DNA of 64,000 nucleotides from Minisyncoccia bacterium (lineage in GTDB: Bacteria; Patescibacteriota; Minisyncoccia; Phycocordibacterales; UBA9973). Below are positions 1 through 9,129 of this stretch, one piece after another. The stretch covers positions 24,638-88,637 of the forward strand of contig JBGATK010000003.1 of NCBI GenBank assembly GCA_044229265.1, read 5' to 3'. The first letter of the stretch is position 1. The number at the start of each line of letters is the position of its first letter. Under the pieces are notes generated by a model, which saw nothing but the letters and a program-made list of their open reading frames with translations, did not search any database and was not told the origin of the DNA. The position numbers and the translations under genes were made by a program.

Positions 1-79
1 CTTGATAATTTTCCTTTCTTTATTTGTATTTTCTTAAAAATCTGCTAATATATATGGGTTCAATAATAATTGAATATAT

Positions 80-151
80 TCGGGAGTAGCTCAGCGGTAG
101 AGCGGTCGCCTGTTAAGCGATTGGTCGTAGGTTCGATCCCTACCTCCCGAG
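80..151 (+). tRNA. tRNA-Asn(GTT)
   Basis: Cloverleaf: acceptor TCGGGAG/CTCCCGA, anticodon arm GTCGC-ctGTTaa-GCGAT, T-loop GTTCGAT; followed by a hairpin and T run. Confidence 0.97.
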
Positions 152-354
152 CCCTTAAAATCACTTTGTAAATCAAGGTGATTTTTTTATACCCAAATAG
201 GGTTTAGAACTAATGTTTGACTTATTTCAAAAATAATGTAATTTATAAATAAAGTTCTATCTTAAATAGATATAGGAGGAATGAAGAAACCTCCAGAAAG
301 CCATACGGAAAAAAATTATTCTGGCATCGCACAGTGCGATAAAATTTCTTTGAA

Positions 355-762
355 ATGCATTCAGTTAAAAAACTAGGGTTTTCAGTTTTACAAAAATTGT
401 TCCCTAAAAAAGATTTGGTTAAGTTCAAAAGAGAAACGTACATTCACAACAACTCAGATTGGCCACTAGAAGGATGGGTACCAGATAAAAATGGAACATT
501 TTCTATGGGCGACTTGATATTTGATTTTGGGTATACTTTTACTGTTTATGGGTTAGAGCTCGGAGTTGTTCACCTTAAACCAACTGAGGGTATGGATTTA
601 TTGAAACTTATTGAAAATGACGATGATATAAAACGAAGAAAGTTTTTACCATCTCATATTGCAAAAGTTCATTGGAATGTGTATCCTAGCGGCTTAAGAA
701 AAGAACAAGTGAGTATTCATACTCTATCAAAACAAGAAGTCGCTAAATTAAAGTTTGCTTAA
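355..762 (+). CDS. hypothetical protein (cassette 1 downstream of tRNA-Asn)
   Basis: 135 aa ORF with upstream TTGACT promoter-like hexamer, structured leader and downstream terminator. Confidence 0.75.
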   Translation: MHSVKKLGFSVLQKLFPKKDLVKFKRETYIHNNSDWPLEGWVPDKNGTFSMGDLIFDFGYTFTVYGLELGVVHLKPTEGMDLLKLIENDDDIKRRKFLPSHIAKVHWNVYPSGLRKEQVSIHTLSKQEVAKLKFA

Positions 763-780
763 GAATTAAAAAATTGTGTT

Positions 781-812
781 AGGGATAGCTATTTAGATAG
801 CTATCCCTTTTT
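781..812 (+). terminator. intrinsic terminator
   Basis: AGGGATAGCTAT-ttag-ATAGCTATCCCT followed by TTTT. Confidence 0.85.
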
Positions 813-938
813 AGTTCTGAAGTACAGACATCGGAAACATCTCAAAAATCTTAGAAAACTCAATATCTCTTTTAATTTGAACCCAGTTAAGAGTTCTGAA
901 CTTGTCCACGAGAGGGAGCCAGCTATTGACTTTTATGT
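813..938. repeat. direct repeat R1 (minus strand encodes a recombinase C-terminus-like peptide; putative attR remnant)
   Basis: Highly similar to 1575-1698; minus strand reads WLPLVDKFRTLNWVQIKRDIEFSKIFEMFPMSVLQN. Confidence 0.85.
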
Positions 939-1077
939 CAAACTATGCTATCATATAAAGTGTAGGTTTTTCTGCTTCCTTAATTAGTAGATATGGTGAG
1001 AATAGACAAACTCACTTAATGGCACAAAGCAATCAAATAATCTCGGCATCGCACGTTGCGGTAAAATACATTGAAAA

Positions 1078-1518
1078 ATGAATAGCACATTAAACAATCT
1101 AGCATTACTTTCTTTCAAAAGAAAAGCTAGGAAGCTTGGTAAAAACATTGAAGTTGCCAATTTAACAGACCAAGGATTTTTTGAAGAATACTTGGTTTGT
1201 GCAGGTGAAACTTTAATCATCTGGAGTGAAGAAAATGGATTTCATTCTATTCTCACAGAAAATGATAAAGAACTTGCCTATCTGGTGAATTTTCCAGACA
1301 AGTATGGCTACGATGAAGTTTACTATTTTGGTATTCTTAACAAAGATAAGACAAAGTTATATGTTTATCGTTGTTATGACCAGCTTACTCATCAGAATGA
1401 AGTGTTGGCTTACGGCTTACAATTTCAAATTGAGGAATACCTTAAACAAGAAGAGGTGGATATTGACAATCATATGAGTCATATCACATCCCTTTGCGGA
1501 AGAGCATCTTGTGGTTGA
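1078..1518 (+). CDS. hypothetical protein (cassette 2)
   Basis: 146 aa ORF, TTGACT-17-TATCAT promoter at ~926-954, leader shared with cassette 1, terminator at ~1529-1563. Confidence 0.8.
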   Translation: MNSTLNNLALLSFKRKARKLGKNIEVANLTDQGFFEEYLVCAGETLIIWSEENGFHSILTENDKELAYLVNFPDKYGYDEVYYFGILNKDKTKLYVYRCYDQLTHQNEVLAYGLQFQIEEYLKQEEVDIDNHMSHITSLCGRASCG

Positions 1519-1574
1519 AAAATAATCAAACCCACCAGTAGAAAATCTACTTCGGTGGGTTTTCTATTTCTATG

Positions 1575-1698
1575 AGTTCTGAAGTGCTATCATCGGGAAT
1601 AACTCAAAAATCTTAGAAAACTCAATATCTCGTTTAATCTGAACCCAATTGAGAGTTCTGAACGTGTCCACTAGAGGGAGCAGATTTGACTTTTATGT
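1575..1698. repeat. direct repeat R2
   Basis: Second copy of 813-938; minus strand reads LLPLVDTFRTLNWVQIKRDIEFSKIFELFPMIALQNS*. Confidence 0.85.
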
Positions 1699-1801
1699 AT
1701 TTAATGATATTATAAAAATAATATCGCTCTTTCACATTTTATTTGATTGTTTACTAAAGAAGCTTTTTGGCTTTTATGGTAAACAATCAAATGCAAATAT
1801 T

Positions 1802-2176
1802 ATGGAAAATAAAAAAGATATTGATGAAATAAAATCTTTTTGTTCTAAAAAGTATACCTACTGGGCAACGGGAAGTATCCAATATTCTCTTTTCAATCAA
1901 GAAATACTTTTTTCAAAATATCAACAAAAGGTTGCTTTTGTTATGAAAAAGACATCAAGTAATTTAATTAGTGATACAGTTGGCGGTATATTTTATCCTT
2001 TTGTTCATAAAGTTCATGAAATAAAATATATTTTATGTATTCTAGATTTGGATACGCAAAATGTATTGTTAGAGATGGAACTCAGTTCTGGTCCAAGTGG
2101 TGATTTAGATATTGATAAGATATTGTCTTTTTCTGACACTTTGGAGAAGAAATTATTCAATTTAGTTCATAATTAA
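1802..2176 (+). CDS. hypothetical protein (cassette 3)
   Basis: ORF 1649-2176; likely ATG at 1802 after promoter and leader hairpin; terminator at ~2201-2224. Confidence 0.7.
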   Translation: MENKKDIDEIKSFCSKKYTYWATGSIQYSLFNQEILFSKYQQKVAFVMKKTSSNLISDTVGGIFYPFVHKVHEIKYILCILDLDTQNVLLEMELSSGPSGDLDIDKILSFSDTLEKKLFNLVHN

Positions 2177-2307
2177 ATTGCTTCAGAAAAATCAAAAAAT
2201 AAACTCGCTTCGGCGGGTTTTTTTATTCCTTATCTAAGATACTTAATCGAACATCATCCCAAGTTCGGAGCAAATAAAAAAAACGTCAAGAGACGGTGTT
2301 TTTTGTG

Positions 2308-3342
2308 CTAAAAAACTTTAGAGAAAATAGAAATAAGTGGCGCCAGTAGATAGTCATACCAGTGTGGTTTATAAGTTTTAGGATCAAAAAGATTACTCTT
2401 TCCCTTCCATTTTTCAGCTATTTTTTCAAGCTCTCCCACTACCCTACTTTCTTCAAAAAAAACACCTATTTCTGAATTATAATCAAAAGAAAGAAAATCA
2501 ATATTTTGTGATCCTATTAGTGCCCTCTTGCCATCTATAATTAAAACTTTAGCATGGTTCATAAATGGCTCAGTATATACCTTGACCCCTAGGCCAGACA
2601 TTTTATTCATATAAAAATAATTCGCACGGTCTGGAATAAACCAATCTACATAATATGGCACTATTACTTCAACTTCCACGCCACGTATTACCGCTTGGTG
2701 AAGCACAGCCCGGAGCCAGCGTTTTGGTGCAAAATACGGAGTAATAATTGTGACTTTTTTTTCAGCCTTGTTAAGAGCTTCTTTGTATATTCTTTTTAAA
2801 CTAAATTTTCGCATCTCTGGAATATGTTCTACCATCCAGTTTTTAGCATTATCTATTTTTAATTTTTTGTTTTTACTTTTAAGGTATTCATCCTTGCCTC
2901 CGACAGAAACGTAGAATCTAGCAAAAGTTCGCAAAAGTTTACCCACCAATTTTTTGTTTTTTATTTCTACCATCAAATCTTTCCAGAAGAAAGTATCCTG
3001 TTTTAAATTTACCCCACCCATATAAGCTATCGTTTCATCTACTATCAAAATCTTGCGATGTATTCTATGAAAAATATGCGAGGAAAAAATAACTTCTATG
3101 CCAGCACCTTCGAGTTCGGCTACTGCTTTTTTATTTAAAGCAAAACTACCTACATAATCTAATACCAAATGAACTTTTACGCCTTGTTTTGCTTTTTTAA
3201 TTAAAAGCTCAAAAAAGTTGTATTTTTGCATATCATTATGGAATATATATATTTCAAGCAGAATGCTATTTTCAGAGCGTTCTATGGCGCTATACATAGC
3301 CTGCCAAGCCCTGGTAGAATCAGTAAAAAATCTGTATTGCAT
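2308..3342 (-). CDS. phospholipase D family / cardiolipin synthase-like protein
   Basis: Two HKD motifs (HRKILIVD, HAKVLIID) plus ITPYF and GSQNID. Confidence 0.92.
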   Translation of the reverse strand: MQYRFFTDSTRAWQAMYSAIERSENSILLEIYIFHNDMQKYNFFELLIKKAKQGVKVHLVLDYVGSFALNKKAVAELEGAGIEVIFSSHIFHRIHRKILIVDETIAYMGGVNLKQDTFFWKDLMVEIKNKKLVGKLLRTFARFYVSVGGKDEYLKSKNKKLKIDNAKNWMVEHIPEMRKFSLKRIYKEALNKAEKKVTIITPYFAPKRWLRAVLHQAVIRGVEVEVIVPYYVDWFIPDRANYFYMNKMSGLGVKVYTEPFMNHAKVLIIDGKRALIGSQNIDFLSFDYNSEIGVFFEESRVVGELEKIAEKWKGKSNLFDPKTYKPHWYDYLLAPLISIFSKVF

Positions 3343-3387
3343 AGAGGCTATTATAGCATTAAAAATAGCTGTGTTATAATTTTTATA

Positions 3388-4221
3388 ATGAAAAAAATAC
3401 GAAAAATCAAGAAGAAAAATAAAAAATTTGGATTAAAACTTTATGGCATATTTGTATTTACTGTGATAACTAGTATGATGGGTAGTTTTTATGCTCTAGG
3501 TTTCAGGGTAGAAGATATGCTTGATATTTCTTTGTATCAAAATCTAGCCAACCCTTCAGTAAAAGTAGTTCGAGTATATGCTGGCCTTCGCAAAGAAGAA
3601 ATAGCCGAGGTTTTTTACAAAAATTTAAATTGGACAGAGAAAGAAGCCGAGGAATTTGCTAAAGCAAATTCCTCGGCCAATTCCTCCCCTATCGAAGGCA
3701 AATTACTACCAAAAACATATCTAATTAACAAAGACGCTACACCTGCCGAAGTTCAAAATATTATGCTTACGGAATTTGAAAAAGCTTTCACTAAAATTCA
3801 AGCCAAATCTAACAAAAAAATAATAAACGAAGAAATAATTATTAAAATCGCTTCTATAATACAACGTGAAGCTTCTGGTAAAAAAGACATGCCACTTATA
3901 TCCGGCATAATCTGGAATCGTTTTTGGCTAGGAATGAAGCTCGAAATGGATTCCACTATTCAGTATGTAAAAGGCAGTGAAGAAGCTGGCTGGTGGAAGC
4001 AAATTTCTGTGAAAGACAAAAAAATAGATTCGCCTTATAATACCTATCTATACGAAGGTTTTCCTCCAGGAGCCATATCAAACCCTAGCTTAGACGCCAT
4101 AAATGCCGCTTACAACCCGACTAAAACCAAATGCATCTTTTACATACATGACAAGCAAAAAAGAACTCACTGCAGTGAGACTTACGAAGAACACAAAAAG
4201 AATGTGGAAGAATATTTATAA
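3388..4221 (+). CDS. mltG: endolytic transglycosylase MltG (YceG family)
   Basis: N-terminal TM; EGKLLPKTY, IASIIQRE, LEMDSTIQY, SPYNTY, PPGAISNP motifs. Confidence 0.9.
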   Translation: MKKIRKIKKKNKKFGLKLYGIFVFTVITSMMGSFYALGFRVEDMLDISLYQNLANPSVKVVRVYAGLRKEEIAEVFYKNLNWTEKEAEEFAKANSSANSSPIEGKLLPKTYLINKDATPAEVQNIMLTEFEKAFTKIQAKSNKKIINEEIIIKIASIIQREASGKKDMPLISGIIWNRFWLGMKLEMDSTIQYVKGSEEAGWWKQISVKDKKIDSPYNTYLYEGFPPGAISNPSLDAINAAYNPTKTKCIFYIHDKQKRTHCSETYEEHKKNVEEYL

Positions 4222-4334
4222 CATTTGCTTTTTTTATAAAATAAGCTAAAATGTCTTTTATTGGGCCGTTAGCTATCTGTAGCGCCTCGTAAAAGCAAAG
4301 TTTAATATTTATAGTTTGATATAATTACATACAT

Positions 4335-4407
4335 GGGCCGTTAGCTCATCTGGTAGAGCACCTCATTTGCAATGAGGGGGTGGCAGGTTCGAGTCCTGTA
4401 CGGTCCA
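4335..4407 (+). tRNA. tRNA-Ala(TGC)
   Basis: Acceptor GGGCCGT/ACGGTCC with G3-U70 pair, anticodon arm CCTCA-ttTGCaa-TGAGG, T-loop TTCGAGT. Confidence 0.97.
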
Positions 4408-5930
4408 CAGTTTAGAACATCGTTAGAAAAATCGGGCGCGCGCTTGCGCGCGAGAATGGAGGGCGAAGGGGTGAAATCCGAATGCGGGTTGTGGGATATA
4501 GCGAATTCGGTCGGTGGGCAAAATGAGACATAGACGGATTTTCCACACAATTGGGGGTTCGTTCCAATTTTTTTGAAATAGTCTTTAATTTCAAAAAAAT
4601 TGTCGCTTGAAATCAATTGCGTGGCTTTTTTCATATCTAAAATCCATTCCCGCAAGGGTTCAATCCAAATATTTCTCTCCTCTCGGGCAGAGTCCATTTT
4701 GTGAGCGAGAGATACTTTTTGTTTCAAAAGCTCGTCTTTTTTGGCTAGGTAGTTTGCTTTTGGTATATCGCCATCAAGAAAAAGGGTAATCAAATTATCT
4801 AGCTTTTGTTGTATCTCTCGCTCACGCTCTCTCATCTGCCCGACAGCACTTCCCGACGATACTTTTACTTCTTTTTCCCATTCGTCTGTTTGCTTGGTCA
4901 TATACTCAATCCATTCGTCGGGAAGTGAAATCTGCTGAAGCCGTTCTTTGAGTTGCAAGACGAGCTTGTCTTCCCGCAAATATCCTTGCAAACAATTTTT
5001 CTTTTTCGTACAGCGATAATACCGATACTTCGTACCAAAGCGATTGGTCGCCCATTGTGCGGTTATCATTCCTCCGCACTCACCACAACGGAAAAGTCCT
5101 GTGAAAGGAAAATTGTGTCCAACTTTTGTTTTGCGGGGTCTTGCTCGCTCTTGCAACCTTTTTTGAACGGCTTCAAATAGCTCGGGATAAATAATTGGCG
5201 CAAAGCTGCCTTGATGCCATTCGTCTCTGTGTTTTACTAAACCGATATATGCTTTGCTCGTGAGCAGAGAGACGATGGCGGCTTTGCCAAGTGGCGTTCC
5301 ACATTTCGTGATGACTCCATGTTCCGCCAAAAAGTGCGAGAGTGATAAGAGGGTGTGCTTACCCGTGGCGAATTCGGTATATCCTTTGAGAATAATTCTC
5401 GCGAGTACAGGATCAGGCTCAATGTTCCTCGTTCTTGGATTGTTCACATAGCCACGCGGTCCTTTGGTAAGCCACTCTCCACGCCTGACTTTTTGGCGAA
5501 TTCCTCGCTCAACATTTTGCTTTAAATTGTCAGAATAATACTTGGATTGTCCGAACGCCACTTGAAGCATAAAGAGTCCTTGCGGGGTAGGTTCAAACCA
5601 AAATGTCGGAAAGCGCAAAGACACAATCTTTTGAGTATCTACTGCGTAGATAACTCGTCCACCGTCAATTGAGTTTCTTGCTAATCTATCGGGATGCCAT
5701 GCGAGAATACCTGCTCCATCCATTGACTCTATGCGCGACATCATTTCACCAAACTTTTGACGACCCGGTGTCTTTGCGCTTTTTGACTCTTGAAATTCTT
5801 CTAGAATTTCAAGATTTTCTTTACGCGCGAACTCACGAAGCTCAAAGAGTTGAGCTTCAATACTCATGACTTGTTTGTCGTCTTCCTCCGTACTCTTTCG
5901 TGCGTATAGAAAATATTTTGGTTTGTTCAT
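4341..5930 (-). CDS. large serine recombinase (resolvase + recombinase + zinc ribbon + coiled coil)
   Basis: YARKS catalytic motif, DRLARN, FRCGECG...YYRC zinc ribbon; likely start MNKPKY at 5930; C-terminus runs antisense through tRNA-Ala; GC higher than the flanks. Confidence 0.95.
   Translation of the reverse strand: MNKPKYFLYARKSTEEDDKQVMSIEAQLFELREFARKENLEILEEFQESKSAKTPGRQKFGEMMSRIESMDGAGILAWHPDRLARNSIDGGRVIYAVDTQKIVSLRFPTFWFEPTPQGLFMLQVAFGQSKYYSDNLKQNVERGIRQKVRRGEWLTKGPRGYVNNPRTRNIEPDPVLARIILKGYTEFATGKHTLLSLSHFLAEHGVITKCGTPLGKAAIVSLLTSKAYIGLVKHRDEWHQGSFAPIIYPELFEAVQKRLQERARPRKTKVGHNFPFTGLFRCGECGGMITAQWATNRFGTKYRYYRCTKKKNCLQGYLREDKLVLQLKERLQQISLPDEWIEYMTKQTDEWEKEVKVSSGSAVGQMREREREIQQKLDNLITLFLDGDIPKANYLAKKDELLKQKVSLAHKMDSAREERNIWIEPLREWILDMKKATQLISSDNFFEIKDYFKKIGTNPQLCGKSVYVSFCPPTEFAISHNPHSDFTPSPSILARKRAPDFSNDVLNCGPYRTRTCHPLIANEVLYQMS
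4405..4520. repeat. inverted repeat arm A (pairs with 5987-6102)
   Basis: 116 bp reverse-complement match with one mismatch seen. Confidence 0.95.
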
Positions 5931-5986
5931 ATATTTGTTTTTAGATTTGAAAAAAGAATCCGTGTTTGTCTCGTTTCTGAGCCCTA

Positions 5987-6362
5987 TGCCCACCGACCGA
6001 ATTCGCTATATTCCACAACCCGCATTCGGATTTCACCCCTTCGCCCTCCATTCTCGCGCGCAAGCGCGCGCCCGATTTTTCTAACGATGTTCTAAACTGT
6101 GGTCTAATCATTACCAATGCGCGAACTTTTTTTGAGGACCAAATGAATGATTGTGTACGCTCCACGCAAAGTGTTAATTTAAATTAATTCTTACGCTCTA
6201 CTAATATCTTAATTCTATCAAATTCAACAGATGCCGAGCAAGCTCGGCATCCTGCCCGAGTCCCATCGCAATCCTCCGCCCACTTCGCTTTGCGAAGTGT
6301 TGGCGGACAAGCATTCTTTATGATTCGGCGGGGGTTTCTTTTGATTTGGTATGGGGGATGGG
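5987..6362 (-). repeat. internal inverted attP-like site (arm A' + TGTGG core + arm B')
   Basis: 5987-6102 is the reverse complement of 4405-4520; 6098-6362 is the reverse complement of 14022-14286; they overlap at the 5 bp core. Confidence 0.9.
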
Positions 6363-6525
6363 GTGAGGAAAAAAGTTTGACAAACCTATTCAATACGTTT
6401 AATATCATAGCATACTCGCTCTTTGAAAAACGATAGTTTGTTTATATATAATTTTGGGTAAGTTAAAGTCTCTTTTTTGGGCTTTTAACTTATTCAAAAT
6501 TATTTATTTACTAAATCAAAAAATT

Positions 6526-6792
6526 ATGGAAAATCAAAATCTTAATTCAAAATCCTATCTTTTACTGCGAAAAACATTAAAAAATTTATGTGCGATGAGC
6601 TTTGTCTGCTTCATGTTATTCGGGTCTTTACTTTTTGGACATATAGACAATTACAAAGATTATTCTCACACAACATCAGAGTATGCTCAAATCAGACAAA
6701 CTATTAATCTATATTTTTGTTTTTCGTTAGTCTCAATTTTTACCTGTTTAGCTTTATTGATTACAATATTCACCAAAGATAAAGAAGATTAA
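6526..6792 (+). CDS. small two-TM membrane protein
   Basis: Likely ATG at 6526 after a leader hairpin; two hydrophobic stretches. Confidence 0.65.
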   Translation: MENQNLNSKSYLLLRKTLKNLCAMSFVCFMLFGSLLFGHIDNYKDYSHTTSEYAQIRQTINLYFCFSLVSIFTCLALLITIFTKDKED

Positions 6793-6830
6793 ATTTAAAT
6801 CTTTACCTTAAACCTTAAAATTTTACTGAA

Positions 6831-6992
6831 ATGAAAAATTATCTGATTTTTTTATTGAGCACTTTGAAAACTGAAAATCAAATTAACAGAGAGATGCTAG
6901 AGGTGTTTATCCTTGGAGGAGTCATTGGAATAGTGCTAGGTAGCTTCGTTATGATACTGCGCAAAAAACAAGGCAAAAATACTCCCTCCTGA
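6831..6992 (+). CDS. small single-TM protein (53 aa, not in the ORF track)
   Basis: MKNYLIFLLSTLKTENQINREMLEVFILGGVIGIVLGSFVMILRKKQGKNTPS*; terminator-like hairpin at ~7018-7047. Confidence 0.55.
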   Translation: MKNYLIFLLSTLKTENQINREMLEVFILGGVIGIVLGSFVMILRKKQGKNTPS

Positions 6993-7045
6993 TTAAGATT
7001 TCAAAGTCATTAGATCAGAAGCCTGTTCAAATGTTCAGGCTTTTT

Positions 7046-7501
7046 TTATTTCCCTTTCAAATATTCACCAAAATCTTTAAATAGTCCTAAGGATGTCGCT
7101 CGTAGTTCTGCCCTTTTTTCTTTCGTAAGTCCAAGGACAACACTTGGGTCATGCAAATCCATTCTATTTGTTGTAGGAGATATGCACAAAAGTCCCTTTT
7201 CTTTTTCCCAATTCCAGATAATCATTTTCCAGTATATTCTTTCACCTTCTTTTGAACTAGAATTATTAAACTCTTTAGCAAGAGCACCTATTTTATTAAA
7301 CAGTTCTTCATTCAAATTTTGCCAGTCATCTTGTCCTGATTTTTTGAGTGAGAAAAATATATACGGCAAAACATATTTTTCTTGAGAAAGATTTGCTTTA
7401 TCACTCTCAATAAAATCTCCATCGTATCCATCATACATATTTATAACTTCACCACCAGCTGAATTAATATAATTTACTATCTCTATTGTTTCTTTAAGCA
7501 T
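7046..7501 (-). CDS. hypothetical protein
   Basis: 151 aa ORF overlapping the stop of the upstream ORF. Confidence 0.75.
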   Translation of the reverse strand: MLKETIEIVNYINSAGGEVINMYDGYDGDFIESDKANLSQEKYVLPYIFFSLKKSGQDDWQNLNEELFNKIGALAKEFNNSSSKEGERIYWKMIIWNWEKEKGLLCISPTTNRMDLHDPSVVLGLTKEKRAELRATSLGLFKDFGEYLKGK

Positions 7502-8357
7502 AAGTTTTATTTATTCTTATAATGTTTTCAATTTCCTTCGACTTTTCAGAATATATACTGATTTCTTCTTTTGAAATTTGTTTGCCTTCCATAATCTTTT
7601 GAGCTAGTTTCTTCAGCACATCCTCAGAAACTAGACCTGTATCTACAAATCTTTCTAATTCTTCTTTGGAAATGGTGCTCTCGTTTTCTATAGTTTCATC
7701 AACTAAAAGATCTATGCCTTTGGTGCGATATTTCTTGAGTTGTATGGAAATCTCTATGAAGAACTTTTCTTCGGGTTTAAGGTTTGCGGATTCTCTTTGT
7801 AAATATGATTCAAGCGAAGCCCAGTCATCCATGGCTTTGGCTGTGAGGTCGAGTATTTCTGAGGTGCGCTTATCTCCATTCACATTTTCCATTTTCTCAT
7901 ATGCTTCTTGCCAGATATTTTGAATTTTGGAAAATTCGCTACCCAGCTCTTCGGTAGTATATCTTTTATTTTCTTTTGATAAATTTACGATTTCTTCCTC
8001 ACTGACTTTTTGTGTGTTTTCCATTGGTGCTTTTTCGCGCGCGCCGAGCACTTTCGCAAGTGCAAGAGCCGAAGCATAAATTTCTTGCTTTGTAGGACCA
8101 CCTTGTTCAGGAGAGAGCATTTTGCTTGCTTCTCTGTTTTGCGCTATTTCAACCCTATGTTTTTCCAATATGGAAAGTGGTTTTGCATATTCAAACTCAC
8201 GTCTGTATTCCAGAAGTGATTTTACTATGGATTTTGCGAAACTTAGCCTTAAGTTATACCAAAAAGAATTTTTTTTTGCTTCATTTTGACGCACATCCCG
8301 AGCGGTACTTTTAGCTCTTTCTCCATCAAAATTCACACTAAAGATTGATTCACTCAT
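7494..8357 (-). CDS. hypothetical Glu/Lys-rich helical protein
   Basis: 287 aa ORF with upstream -10 TATAAT. Confidence 0.8.
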   Translation of the reverse strand: MSESIFSVNFDGERAKSTARDVRQNEAKKNSFWYNLRLSFAKSIVKSLLEYRREFEYAKPLSILEKHRVEIAQNREASKMLSPEQGGPTKQEIYASALALAKVLGAREKAPMENTQKVSEEEIVNLSKENKRYTTEELGSEFSKIQNIWQEAYEKMENVNGDKRTSEILDLTAKAMDDWASLESYLQRESANLKPEEKFFIEISIQLKKYRTKGIDLLVDETIENESTISKEELERFVDTGLVSEDVLKKLAQKIMEGKQISKEEISIYSEKSKEIENIIRINKTYA

Positions 8358-8411
8358 AGCTATATTATATCACAAAATTGCATTTGCTTGGGAATGGATT
8401 ATAATCATTTT

Positions 8412-8654
8412 ATGACTGATTTAGAGACAAATTTTACCCACCCCGAACTCCAAAAAGGAGAGGTTTTCTTTACAAATGCAGATCTTTCTCAGTTCAACGC
8501 TCTGGAGTTTAAATCAAAGCGAATGGGTAAAGTGGCGTATGATGGAAATGGAAATATGCAAAATCACGAGAATTGGTTTCCTGTATTCATAAATAATACG
8601 GAAGTAGAGACTTCCGGCTTTTCTCTTATGGAGTTGCGTAGGAAGCAAAATTAA
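8412..8654 (+). CDS. hypothetical protein
   Basis: ORF with TTGCTT/TATAAT promoter-like upstream; likely start MTDLE. Confidence 0.7.
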   Translation: MTDLETNFTHPELQKGEVFFTNADLSQFNALEFKSKRMGKVAYDGNGNMQNHENWFPVFINNTEVETSGFSLMELRRKQN

Positions 8655-8760
8655 AATTAAAAAATTAAAATCCATTGCGATGCCTATTGCAATCTTTTTT
8701 TATATAAAAAAACACTTCCGACAAAGTTGCCGGAAGTGTAATTGGTAAATTCTTTATTTA

Positions 8761-9102
8761 TCAAGATTCAATAAAATCTAAGGATTTTCTGTCTAATAAT
8801 TCAATCCTTGTACCAAAATAAAGAAAAACAGCTAAAAATCCTCCTGCAAATGCATTTATTGCACTTGCAAAATAGCACAAACTTACATCATGTCGTGAAA
8901 AAAAATATTCCAAAACAATATTGCAAATTACGGCTAATGCTATTACAAAGAATCCTTCGATTCCATACCCAAGATAGAGTAAAATCATTATTGCTATCAA
9001 TGGGGTGAGGATTTGAGCAAAAAGCATTAACGTGCTTTCAAAAAACATGCCTGTCACTCCAAAAGCACAAATGAGTGTGGCTAACAAAACTTTTGTTTTC
9101 AT
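8761..9102 (-). CDS. hypothetical multi-pass membrane protein
   Basis: 113 aa, about four hydrophobic segments. Confidence 0.7.
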   Translation of the reverse strand: MKTKVLLATLICAFGVTGMFFESTLMLFAQILTPLIAIMILLYLGYGIEGFFVIALAVICNIVLEYFFSRHDVSLCYFASAINAFAGGFLAVFLYFGTRIELLDRKSLDFIES

Positions 9103-9129
9103 AATTACAAATTTAAGAAATTTAGAAAA

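Noticed and set aside
813-1698. Classical integron attC sites
   Set aside because: No RYYYAAC/GTTRRRY palindromic attC structure and no tyrosine integrase; the repeats behave like coding remnants
6184-6408. 74 aa ORF nearly identical to ORF 13976-14200
   Set aside because: The identity comes from the arm B inverted repeat, which is rich in GC hairpins; the N-termini differ outside the repeat and there is no good start, so it is probably non-coding
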